Shown here piece after piece: positions 39,701-53,300 of a stretch of DNA of 64,000 nucleotides. The notes beneath the pieces are model-generated. The model saw only the letters and a program-made list of their open reading frames with translations, was not told where the DNA came from and did no database searches. The position numbers and the translations under genes are program-made. Numbering within the stretch: the first letter of the stretch is position 1; the number at the start of each line of letters is the position of its first letter. Location: assembly GCA_964057225.1 (NCBI GenBank), contig OZ059899.1:17484001-17548000 (forward strand). Direction: 5' to 3'. The stretch comes from Auanema rhodensis (taxonomy: Eukaryota; Animalia; Nematoda).

Positions 39701-42700
39701 CGTCTTCGCCTTAAAAAAAAAAATTTAAAAACATCTACTTTTTGTGAAATTATTTTGAAATTTTTAGGGAAAATTTTTGTCAAAAAGTTTTTGGAAGCAA
39801 TGTTGAGTGTACATGGAAACTCAACATACACTAATGCATCATTTTTCAAACGATCATAACTAATTTTTGTATTGAGCGTTTCTCAATGTAGTATAGTGCA
39901 TTCGATGCGGATTTTTAAGCTGCGTCGATCTATGTTATCAGATTTGCGCTATCTTTAAAATGCACCGATATATCAACTGATATAAGTTCACACTTATATC
40001 CTCGATTTTCACCCTGAAGAATTAATTTTTTTGTTGAATAACATTGTCCATCGTCTTCACCTTGAAAAAAGAAATCTAAAAACATCTACTTTTTGTGAAA
40101 TTATTTTGAAATTTTTAGGGAAAATTTTTGTCAAAAAGTTTTTGGAAGCAATGTTGAGTGTACATGGAAACTCAACATACACTAATGCATCATTTTTCAA
40201 ACGATCATAACTAATTTTTGTATCGAGCGTTTCTCAATGTAGTATAGTGCATTCGATGCGGATTTTTAAGCTGCGTCGATCTATGTTATCAGATTTGCGC
40301 TATCTTAAAAATGCACCGAGATATCAACTGATATAAGTTCACACATATATCCTCAATTTTCACCCTGAAGAATTAATTTTTTTGTTGAATAACATTGTCC
40401 ATCGTCTTCGCCTTGAAAAAAGGAATCTAAAAACATCTACTTTTTGTAAAATTATTTTGAAATTTTTAGGTAAAATTTTTGTCAAAAAGTTTTTGGAAGC
40501 AATGTTGAGTGTACATGGAAACTCAACATACACTAATGCATCATTTTTCAAACGATCATAACTAATTTTCGTATTAAGCGTTTCTCAATGTAGTATAGTG
40601 CATTCGATGTGGATTTTTAAGCTGCGTCGATCTGTGTTATCAGATTTGCGCTATCTTAAAAATGCACCGAGATATCAACTGATATAAGTTCACACATATA
40701 TCCTCAATTTTCACCCTGAAGAATTAATTTTTTTGTTGAATAACATTGTCCATCGTCTTCGCCTTGAAAAAAGGAATCTAAAAACATCTACTTTTTGTAA
40801 AATTATTTTGAAATTTTTAGGTAAAATTTTTGTCAAAAAGTTTTTGGAAGCAATGTTGAGTGTACATGGAAACTCAACATACACTAATGCATCATTTTTC
40901 AAACGATCATAACTAATTTTCGTATTAAGCGTTTCTCAATGTAGTATAGTGCATTCGATGTGGATTTTTAAGCTGCGTCGATCTGTGTTATCAGATTTGC
41001 GCTAGCTTAAAAATGCACCGAGATATCAACTGATATAAGTTCACACATATATCCTCAATTTTCACCCTGAAGAATTAATTTTTTTGTTGAATAACATTGT
41101 CCATCGTCTTCGCCTTAAAAAAAAAAATCTAAAAACATCTACTTTTTGTGAAATTATTTTGAAATTTTTAGGGAAAATTTTTGTCAAAAAGTTTTTGGAA
41201 GCAATGTTGAGTGTACATGGAAACTCAACATACACTAATGCATCATTTTTCAAACGATCATAACTAATTTTCGTATTAAGCGTTTCTCAATGTAGTATAG
41301 TGCATTCGATGCGGATTTTTAAGCTGCGTCGATCTATGTTATCAGATTTGCGCTATCTTTAAAATGCACCGATATATCAACTGATATAAGATCACACTTA
41401 TATCCTCGATTTTCAACCTGAAGAATTAATTTCTTCGTTGAATAACAATGTCCATCGTCTTCGCCTTAAAAAAAAAATCTAAAAACATCTACTTTTTGTG
41501 AAATTATTTTGAAATTTTTAGGGAAAATTTTTGTTAAAAAGTTTTTGGAAGCAATGTTGAGTGTACATGGAAACTCAACATACACTAATGCATCATTTTT
41601 CAAACGATCATAACTAATTTTTGTATTGAGCGTTTCTCAATGTAGTATAGTGCATTCGATGCGGATTTTTAAGCTGCGTCGATCTATGTTATCAGATTTG
41701 CGCTATCTTAAAAATGCACCGAGATATCAACTGATATAAGTTCACACTTATATCCTCGATTTTCAACCTGAAGAATTAATTTCTTCGTTGAATAACAATG
41801 TCCATCGTCTTCGCCTTAAAAAAAAAATCTAAAAACATCTACTTTTTGTGAAATTATTTTGAAATTTTTAGGGAAAATTTTTGTCAAAAAGTTTTTGGAA
41901 GCAATGTTGAGTGTACATGGAAACTCAACATACACTAATGCATCATTTTTCAAACGATCATAACTAATTTTTGTATTGAGCGTTTCTCAATGTAGTATAG
42001 TGCATTCGATGCGGATTTTTAAGCTGCGTCGATCTATGTTATCAGATTTGCGCTATCTTAAAAATGCACCGAGATATCAACTGATATAAGTTCACACTTA
42101 TATCCTCGATTTTCAACCTGAAGAATTAATTTCTTCGTTGAATAACAATGTCCATCGTCTTCGCCTTAAAAAAAAAAATCTAAAAACATCTACTTTTTGT
42201 GAAATTATTTTGAAATTTTTAGGGAAAATTTTTGTCAAAAAGTTTTTGGAAGCAATGTTGAGTGTACATGGAAACTCAACATACACTAATGCATCATTTT
42301 TCAAACGATCATAACTAATTTTCGTATTAAGCGTTTCTCAATGTAGTATAGTGCATTCGATGCGGATTTTTAAGCTGCGTCGATCTATGTTATCAGATTT
42401 GCGCTATCTTAAAAATGCACCGAGATATCAACTGATATAAGTTCACACATATATCCTCAATTTTCACCCTGAAGAATTAATTTTTTTGTTGAATAACATT
42501 GTCCATCGTCTTCGCCTTAAAAAAAAAAATCTAAAAACATCTACTTTTTGTGAAATTATTTTGAAATTTTTAGGGAAAATTTTTGTCAAAAAGTTTTTGG
42601 AAGCAATGTTGAGTGTACATGGAAACTCAACATACACTAATGCATCATTTTTCAAACGATCATAACTAATTTTCGTATTAAGCGTTTCTCAATGTAGTAT

Positions 42701-45700
42701 AGTGCATTCGATGCGGATTTTTAAGCTGCGTCGATCTATGTTATCAGATTTGCGCTATCTTTAAAATGCACCGATATATCAACTGATATAAGATCACACT
42801 TATATCCTCGATTTTCAACCTGAAGAATTAATTTCTTCGTTGAATAACAATGTCCATCGTCTTCGCCTTAAAAAAAAAAATCTAAAAACATCTACTTTTT
42901 GTGAAATTATTTTGAAATTTTTAGGGAAAATTTTTGTTAAAAAGTTTTTGGAAGCAATGTTGAGTGTACATGGAAACTCAACATACACTAATGCATCATT
43001 TTTCAAACGATCATAACTAATTTTTGTATTGAGCGTTTCTCAATGTAGTATAGTGCATTCGATGCGGATTTTTAAGCTGCGTCGATCTATGTTATCAGAT
43101 TTGCGCTATCTTAAAAATGCACCGAGATATCAACTGATATAAGTTCACACTTATATCCTCGATTTTCAACCTGAAGAATTAATTTCTTCGTTGAATAACA
43201 ATGTCCATCGTCTTCGCCTTAAAAAAAAAATCTAAAAACATCTACTTTTTGTGAAATTATTTTGAAATTTTTAGGGAAAATTTTTGTCAAAAAGTTTTTG
43301 GAAGCAATGTTGAGTGTACATGGAAACTCAACATACACTAATGCATCATTTTTCAAACGATCATAACTAATTTTTGTATTGAGCGTTTCTCAATGTAGTA
43401 TAGTGCATTCGATGCGGATTTTTAAGCTGCGTCGATCTATGTTATCAGATTTGCGCTATCTTTAAAATGCACCGATATATCAACTGATATAAGTTCACAC
43501 TTATATCCTCGATTTTCACCCTGAAGAATTAATTTTTTTGTTGAATAACAATGTCCATCGTCTTCGCCTTAAAAAAAAATCTAAAAACATCTACTTTTTG
43601 TGAAATTATTTTGAAATTTTTAGGGAAAATTTTTGTCAAAATGTTTTTGGAAGCAATGTTGAGTGTACATGGAAACTCAACATACACTAATGCATCATTT
43701 TTCAAACGATCATAACTAATTTTTGTATTGAGCGTTTCTCAATGTAGTATAGTGCATTCGATGCGGATTTTTAAGCTGCGTCGATCTATGTTATCAGATT
43801 TGCGCTATCTTAAAAATGCACCGAGATATCAACTGATATAAGTTCACACTTATATCCTCGATTTTCAACCTGAAGAATTAATTTTTTTGTTGAATAACAT
43901 TGTCCATCGTTTTCGCCTTGAAAAAAGAAATCTAAAAACATCTACTTTTTGTAAAATTATTTTGAAATTTTTAGGGAAAATTTTTGTCAAAAAGTTTTTG
44001 GAAGCAATGTTGAGTGTACATGGAAACTCAACATACACTAATGCATCATTTTTCAAACGATCATAACTAATTTTTGTATTGAGCGTTTCTCAATGTAGTA
44101 TAGTGCATTCGATGCGGATTTTTAAGCTGCGTCGATCTATGTTATCAGATTTGCGCTAGCTTAAAAATGCACCGAGATATCAACTGATATAAGTTCACAC
44201 TTATATCCTCGATTTTCAACCTGAAGAATTAATTTCTTCGTTGAATAACAATGTCCATCGTCTTCGCCTTAAAAAAAAAAATCTAAAAACATCTACTTTT
44301 TGTGAAATTATTTTGAAATTTTTAGGGAAAATTTTTGTCAAAAAGTTTTTGGAAGCAATGTTGAGTGTACATGGAAACTCAACATACACTAATGCATCAT
44401 TTTTCAAACGATCATAACTAATTTTTGTATTGAGCGTTTCTCAATGTAGTATAGTGCATTCGATGCGGATTTTTAAGCTGCGTCGATCTATGTTATCAGA
44501 TTTGCGCTATCTTTAAAATGCACCGATATATCAACTGATATAAGTTCACACTTATATCCTCGATTTTCACCCTGAAGAATTAATTTTTTTGTTGAATAAC
44601 ATTGTCCATCGTCTTCACCTTGAAAAAAGGAATCTAAAAACATCTACTTTTTGTGAAATTATTTTGAAATTTTTAGGGAAAATTTTTGTCAAAAAGTTTT
44701 TGGAAGCAATGTTGAGTGTACATGGAAACTCAACATACACTAATGCATCATTTTTCAAACGATCATAACTAATTTTTGTATCGAGCGTTTCTCAATGTAG
44801 TATAGTGCATTCGATGCGGATTTTTAAGCTGCGTCGATCTATGTTATCAGATTTGCGCTATCTTAAAAATGCACCGAGATATCAACTGATATAAGTTCAC
44901 ACATATATCCTCAATTTTCACCCTGAAGAATTAATTTTTTTGTTGAATAACATTGTCCATCGTCTTCGCCTTGAAAAAAGGAATCTAAAAACATCTACTT
45001 TTTGTAAAATTATTTTGAAATTTTTAGGTAAAATTTTTGTCAAAAAGTTTTTGGAAGCAATGTTGAGTGTACATGGAAACTCAACATACACTAATGCATC
45101 ATTTTTCAAACGATCATAACTAATTTTCGTATTAAGCGTTTCTCAATGTAGTATAGTGCATTCGATGTGGATTTTTAAGCTGCGTCGATCTGTGTTATCA
45201 GATTTGCGCTATCTTAAAAATGCACCGAGATATCAACTGATATAAGTTCACACATATATCCTCAATTTTCACCCTGAAGAATTAATTTTTTTGTTGAATA
45301 ACATTGTCCATCGTCTTCGCCTTGAAAAAAGGAATCTAAAAACATCTACTTTTTGTAAAATTATTTTGAAATTTTTAGGTAAAATTTTTGTCAAAAAGTT
45401 TTTGGAAGCAATGTTGAGTGTACATGGAAACTCAACATACACTAATGCATCATTTTTCAAACGATCATAACTAATTTTCGTATTAAGCGTTTCTCAATGT
45501 AGTATAGTGCATTCGATGTGGATTTTTAAGCTGCGTCGATCTGTGTTATCAGATTTGCGCTAGCTTAAAAATGCACCGAGATATCAACTGATATAAGTTC
45601 ACACATATATCCTCAATTTTCACCCTGAAGAATTAATTTTTTTGTTGAATAACATTGTCCATCGTCTTCGCCTTAAAAAAAAAAATCTAAAAACATCTAC

Positions 45701-47373
45701 TTTTTGTGAAATTATTTTGAAATTTTTAGGGAAAATTTTTGTCAAAAAGTTTTTGGAAGCAATGTTGAGTGTACATGGAAACTCAACATACACTAATGCA
45801 TCATTTTTCAAACGATCATAACTAATTTTCGTATTAAGCGTTTCTCAATGTAGTATAGTGCATTCGATGCGGATTTTTAAGCTGCGTCGATCTATGTTAT
45901 CAGATTTGCGCTATCTTTAAAATGCACCGATATATCAACTGATATAAGATCACACTTATATCCTCGATTTTCAACCTGAAGAATTAATTTCTTCGTTGAA
46001 TAACAATGTCCATCGTCTTCGCCTTAAAAAAAAAAATCTAAAAACATCTACTTTTTGTGAAATTATTTTGAAATTTTTAGGGAAAATTTTTGTTAAAAAG
46101 TTTTTGGAAGCAATGTTGAGTGTACATGGAAACTCAACATACACTAATGCATCATTTTTCAAACGATCATAACTAATTTTTGTATTGAGCGTTTCTCAAT
46201 GTAGTATAGTGCATTCGATGCGGATTTTTAAGCTGCGTCGATCTATGTTATCAGATTTGCGCTATCTTAAAAATGCACCGAGATATCAACTGATATAAGT
46301 TCACACTTATATCCTCGATTTTCAACCTGAAGAATTAATTTCTTCGTTGAATAACAATGTCCATCGTCTTCGCCTTAAAAAAAAAATCTAAAAACATCTA
46401 CTTTTTGTGAAATTATTTTGAAATTTTTAGGGAAAATTTTTGTCAAAAAGTTTTTGGAAGCAATGTTGAGTGTACATGGAAACTCAACATACACTAATGC
46501 ATCATTTTTCAAACGATCATAACTAATTTTTGTATTGAGCGTTTCTCAATGTAGTATAGTGCATTCGATGCGGATTTTTAAGCTGCGTCGATCTATGTTA
46601 TCAGATTTGCGCTATCTTTAAAATGCACCGATATATCAACTGATATAAGTTCACACTTATATCCTCGATTTTCACCCTGAAGAATTAATTTTTTTGTTGA
46701 ATAACAATGTCCATCGTCTTCGCCTTAAAAAAAAATCTAAAAACATCTACTTTTTGTGAAATTATTTTGAAATTTTTAGGGAAAATTTTTGTCAAAATGT
46801 TTTTGGAAGCAATGTTGAGTGTACATGGAAACTCAACATACACTAATGCATCATTTTTCAAACGATCATAACTAATTTTTGTATTGAGCGTTTCTCAATG
46901 TAGTATAGTGCATTCGATGCGGATTTTTAAGCTGCGTCGATCTATGTTATCAGATTTGCGCTATCTTAAAAATGCACCGAGATATCAACTGATATAAGTT
47001 CACACTTATATCCTCGATTTTCAACCTGAAGAATTAATTTTTTTGTTGAATAACATTGTCCATCGTTTTCGCCTTGAAAAAAGAAATCTAAAAACATCTA
47101 CTTTTTGTAAAATTATTTTGAAATTTTTAGGGAAAATTTTTGTCAAAAAGTTTTTGGAAGCAATGTTGAGTGTACATGGAAACTCAACATACACTAATGC
47201 ATCATTTTTCAAACGATCATAACTAATTTTTGTATTGAGCGTTTCTCAATGTAGTATAGTGCATTCGATGCGGATTTTTAAGCTGCGTCGATCTATGTTA
47301 TCAGATTTGCGCTATCTTTAAAATGCACCGATATATCAACTGATATAAGTTCACACTTATATCCTCGATTTTC
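33349..47373 (+). repeat. Overlapping Sat351 block duplications at 10-mer (3506 bp), 13-mer (4558 bp) and 9-mer (3156 bp) spacing
   Basis: Matching variant runs are 33348-34401 vs 36854-37907 (marker aatgCtgag), 40360-41062 vs 44918-45620 (ttaggTaaa, gatgTgg) and 42464-43865 vs 45620-47021 (taagAtcac, tgtTaaaaag). Confidence 0.82.
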
Positions 47374-50300
47374 ACCCTGAAGAATTAATTTTTTTGTTGA
47401 ATAACATTGTCCATCGTTTTCGCCTTGAAAAAAGAAATCTAAAAACATCTACTTTTTGTAAAATTATTTTGAAATTTTTAGGGAAAATTTTTGTCAAAAT
47501 GTTTTTGGAAGCAATGTTGAGTGTACATGGAAACTCAACATACACTAATGCATCATTTTTCAAACGATCATAACTAATTTTTGTATTGAGCGTTTCTCAA
47601 TGTAGTATAGTGCATTCGATGCGGATTTTTAAGCTGCGTCGATCTATGTTATCAGATTTGCGCTATCTTTAAAATGCACCGATATATCAACTGATATAAG
47701 TTCACACTTATATCCTCGATTTTCACCCTGAAGAATTAATTTTTTTGTTGAATAACATTGTCCATCGTCTTCGCCTTGAAAGAAGGAATCTAAAAACATC
47801 TACTTTTCGTGAAATTATTTTGAAATTTTTAGGGAAAATTTTTGTCAAAATGTTTTTGAAAGCAATGTTGAGTGTACATGGAAACTCAACATACACTAAT
47901 GCATCATTTTTCAAACGATCATAACTAATTTTTGTATTGAGCGTTTCTCAATGTAGTATAGTGCATTCGATGCGGATTTTTAAGCTGCGTCGATCTATGT
48001 TATCAGATTTGCGCTATCTTTAAAATGCACCGATATATCAACTGATATAAGTTCACACTTATATCCTCGATTTTCACCCTGAAGAATTAATTTTTTTGTT
48101 GAATAACATTGTCCATCGTCTTCACCTTGAAAAAAGGAATCTAAAAACATCTACTTTTTGTAAAATTATTTTGAAATTTTTAGGGAAAATTTTTGTCAAA
48201 ATGTTTTTGGAAGCAATGTTGAGTGTACATGGAAACTCAACATACACTAATGCATCATTTTTCAAACGATCATAACTAATTTTTGTATTGAGCGTTTCTC
48301 AATGTAGTATAGTGCATTCGATGCGGATTTTTAAGCTGCGTCGATCTATGTTATCAGATTTGCGCTATCTTTAAAATGCACCGATATATCAACTGATATA
48401 AGTTCACACTTATATCCTCGATTTTCACCCTGAAGAATTAATTTTTTTGTTGAATAACATTGTCCATCGTTTTCGCCTTGAAAAACGAAATCTAAAAACA
48501 TCTACTTTTTGTAAAATTATTTTGAAATTTTTAGGGAAAATTTTTGTCAAAATGTTTTTGGAAGCAATGTTGAGTGTACATGGAAACTCAACATACACTA
48601 ATGCATCATTTTTCAAACGATCATAACTAATTTTTGTATTGAGCGTTTCTCAATGTAGTATAGTGCATTCGATGCGGATTTTTAAGCTGCGTCGATCTAT
48701 GTTATCAGATTTGCGCTATCTTTAAAATGCACCGATATATCAACTGATATAAGTTCACACTTATATCCTCGATTTTCACCCTGAAGAATTAATTTTTTTG
48801 TTGAATAACATTGTCCATCGTCTTCACCTTGAAAAAAGGAATCTAAAAACATCTACTTTTTGTAAAACTATTTTGAAATTTTTAGGGAAAATTTTTGTCA
48901 AAATGTTTTTGGAAGCAATGTTGAGTGTACATGGAAACTCAACATACACTAATGCATCATTTTTCAAACGATCATAACTAATTTTTGTATTGAGCGTTTC
49001 TCAATGTAGTATAGTGCATTCGATGCGGATTTTTAAGCTGCGTCGATCTATGTTATCAGATTTGCGCTAGCTTAAAAATGCACCGAGATATCAACTGATA
49101 TAAGTTCACACTTATATCCTCGATTTTCAACCTGGAGAATTAATTTCTTCGTTGAATAACAATGTCCATCGTCTTCGCCTTAAAAAAAAAAATCTAAAAA
49201 TATCTACTTTTTGTGAAATTATTTTGAAATTTTTAGGGAAAATTTTTGTCAAAAAGTTTTTGGAAGCAATGTTGAGTGTACATGGAAACTCAACATACAC
49301 TAATGCATCATTTTTCAAACGATCATAACTAATTTTTGTATTGAGCGTTTCTCAATGTAGTATAGTGCATTCGATGCGGATTTTTAAGCTGCGTCGATCT
49401 GTGTTATCAGATTTGCGCTAGCTTAAAAATGCACCGAGATATCAACTGAAATAAGTTAACACATATATCCTCAATTTTCACCCTGAAGAATTAATTTTTT
49501 TGTTGAATAACATTGTCCATCGTCTTCACCTTGAAAAAAGGAATCTAAAAACATCTACTTTTTGTGAAATTATTTTGAAATTTTTAGGGAAAATTTTTGT
49601 CAAAATGTTTTTGAAAGCAATGTTGAGTGTACATGGAAACTCAACATACACTAATGCATCATTTTTCAAACGATCATGACTAATTTTTGTATTGAGCGTT
49701 TCTCAATGTAGTATAGTGCCTTCGATGCGGATTTTTAAGCTGCGTCGATCTGTGTTATCAGATTTGCGCTATCTTTAAAATGCACCGATATATCAACTGA
49801 TATAAGTTCACACATATATCCTCGATTTTCACCCTGAAGAATTAATTTTTTTGTTGAATAACATTGTCCATCGTCTTCACCTTGAAAAAAGGAATCTAAA
49901 AACATCTACTTTTTGTGAAATTATTTTGAAATTTTTAGGGAAAATTTTTGTCAAAAAGTTTTTGGAAGCAATGTTGAGTGTACATGGAAACTCAACATAC
50001 ACTAATGCATCATTTTTCAAACGATCATAACTAATTTTCGTATTAAGCGTTTCTCAATGTAGTATAGTGCATTCGATGCGGATTTTTAAGCTGCGTCGAT
50101 CTGTGTTATCAGATTTGCGCTAGCTTAAAAATGCACCGAGATATCAACTGAAATAAGTTAACACATATATCCTCAATTTTCACCCTGAAGAATTAATTTT
50201 TTTGTTGAATAACATTGTCCATCGTCTTCACCTTGAAAAAAGGAATCTAAAAACATCTACTTTTTGTAAAATTATTTTGAAATTTTTAGGTAAAATTTTT

Positions 50301-53300
50301 GTCAAAATGTTTTTGAAAGCAATGTTGAGTGTACATGGAAACTCAACATACACTAATGCATCATTTTTCAAACGATCATGACTAATTTTTGTATTGAGCG
50401 TTTCTCAATGTAGTATAGTGCATTCGATGCGGATTTTTAAGCTGCGTCGATCTGTGTTATCAGATTTGCGCTATCTTTAAAATGCACCGAGATATCAACT
50501 GATATAAGTTCACACTTATATCCTCGATTTTCACCCTGAAAAATTGATTTTTTCGTTGAATAACATTGTCCATCGTCTTTGCCTTGAAAAAAGGAATCTA
50601 AAAACATCTACTTTTTGTAAAATTATTTTGAAATTTTCAGGTAAAATTTTTGTCAAAATGTTTTTGAAAGCAATGTTGAGTGTACATGGAAACTCAACAT
50701 ACACTAATGCATCATTTTTCAAACGATCATGACTAATTTTTGTATTGAGCGTTTCTCAATGTAGTATAGTGCCTTCGATGCGGATTTTCAAGCTGCGTCG
50801 ATCTATGTTATCAGATTTGCGCTATCTTTAAAATGCACCGATATATCAACTGATATAAGTTCACACTTATATCCTCGATTTTCACCCTGAAGAATTAATT
50901 TTTTTGTTGAATAACCTTGTCCATCGTCTTCGCCTTGAAAAAAGGAATCTAAAAACATCTACTTTTTGTGAAATTATTTTGAAATTTTCAGGGAAAATTT
51001 TTGTCAAAATGTTTTTGGAAGCAATGTTGAGTGTACATGGAAACTCAACATACACTAATGCATCATTTTTCAAACGATCATAACTAATTTTTGTATTGAG
51101 CGTTTCTCATTGTAGTATAGTGCATTCGATGCGGATTTTTAAGCTGCGTCGATCTATGTTATCAGATTTGCGCTATCTTTAAAATGCACCGATATATCAA
51201 CTGATATAAGTTCACACTTATATCCTCGATTTTCACCCTGAAGAATTAATTTTTTTGTTGAATAACATTGTCCATCGTTTTCGCCTTGAAAAACGAAATC
51301 TAAAAACATCTACTTTTTGTAAAATTATTTTGAAATTTTTAGGGAAAATTTTTGTCAAAATGTTTTTGGAAGCAATGTTGAGTGTACATGGAAACTCAAC
51401 ATACACTAATGCATCATTTTTCAAACGATCATAACTAATTTTTGTATTGAGCGTTTCTCAATGTAGTATAGTGCATTCGATGCGGATTTTTAAGCTGCGT
51501 CGATCTATGTTATCAGATTTGCGCTATCTTTAAAATGCACCGATATATCAACTGATATAAGTTCACACTTATATCCTCGATTTTCACCCTGAAGAATTAA
51601 TTTTTTTGTTGAATAACATTGTCCATCGTTTTCGCCTTGAAAAACGAAATCTAAAAACATCTACTTTTTGTAAAATTATTTTGAAATTTTTAGGGAAAAT
51701 TTTTGTCAAAATGTTTTTGGAAGCAATGCTGAGTGTACATGGAAACTCAACATACACTAATGCATCATTTTTCAAACGATCATAACTAATTTTTGTATTG
51801 AGCGTTTCTCAATGTAGTATAGTGCATTCGATGCGGATTTTTAAGCTGCGTCGATCTAAGTTATCAGATTTGCGCTATCTTAAAAATGCACCGATATATC
51901 AACTGATATAAGTTCACACTTATATCCTCGATTTTCACCCTGAAGAATTAATTTTTTTGTTGAATAACATTGTCCATCGTCTTCACCTTGAAAAAAGGAA
52001 TCTAAAAACATCTACTTTTTGTGAAATTATTTTGAAATTTTTAGGGAAAATTTTTGTCAAAAAGTTTTTGGAAGCAATGTTGAGTGTACATGGAAACTCA
52101 ACATACACTAATGCATCATTTTTCGAACGATCATAACTAATTTTCGTACTAAGCGTTTCTCAATGTAGTATAGTGCATTCGATGCGGATTTTTAAGCTGC
52201 GTCGATCTATGTTATCAGATTTGCGCTATCTTTAAAATGCACCGATATATCAACTGATATAAGTTCACACTTATATCCTCGATTTTCACCCTGAAGAATT
52301 AATTTTTTTGTTGAATAACATTGTCCATCGTCTTCACCTTGAAAAAAGGAATCTAAAAACATCTACTTTTTGTAAAACTATTTTGAAATTTTTAGGGAAA
52401 ATTTTTGTCAAAATGTTTTTGGAAGCAATGTTGAGTGTACATGGAAACTCAACATACACTAATGCATCATTTTTCAAACGATCATAACTAATTTTTGTAT
52501 TGAGCGTTTCTCAATGTAGTATAGTGCATTCGATGCGGATTTTTAAGCTGCGTCGATCTATGTTATCAAATTTGCGCTAGCTTAAAAATGCACCGAGATA
52601 TCAACTGATATAAGTTCACACTTATATCCTCGATTTTCAACCTGGAGAATTAATTTCTTCGTTGAATAACAATGTCCATCGTCTTCGCCTTAAAAAAAAA
52701 ATCTAAAAACATCTACTTTTTGTGAAATTATTTTGAAATTTTTAGGGAAAATTTTTGTCAAAAAGTTTTTGGAAGCAATGTTGAGTGTACATGGAAACTC
52801 AACATACACTAATGCATCATTTTTCAAACGATCATAACTAATTTTTGTATTGAGCGTTTCTCAATGTAGTATAGTGCATTCGATGCGGATTTTTAAGCTG
52901 CGTCGATCTATGTTATCAGATTTGCGCTATCTTTAAAATGCACCGATATATCAACTGATATAAGTTCACACTTATATCCTCGATTTTCACCCTGAAGAAT
53001 TAATTTTTTTGTTGAATAACATTGTCCATCGTTTTCGCCTTGAAAAACGAAATCTAAAAACATCTACTTTTTGTAAAATTATTTTGAAATTTTTAGGGAA
53101 AATTTTTGTCAAAAAGTTTTTGGAAGCAATGTTGAGTGTACATGGAAACTCAACATACACTAATGCATCATTTTTCAAACGATCATAACTAATTTTTGTA
53201 TTGAGCGTTTCTCAATGTAGTATAGTGCATTCGATGCGGATTTTTAAGCTGCGTCGATCTATGTTATCAAATTTGCGCTAGCTTAAAAATGCACCGAGAT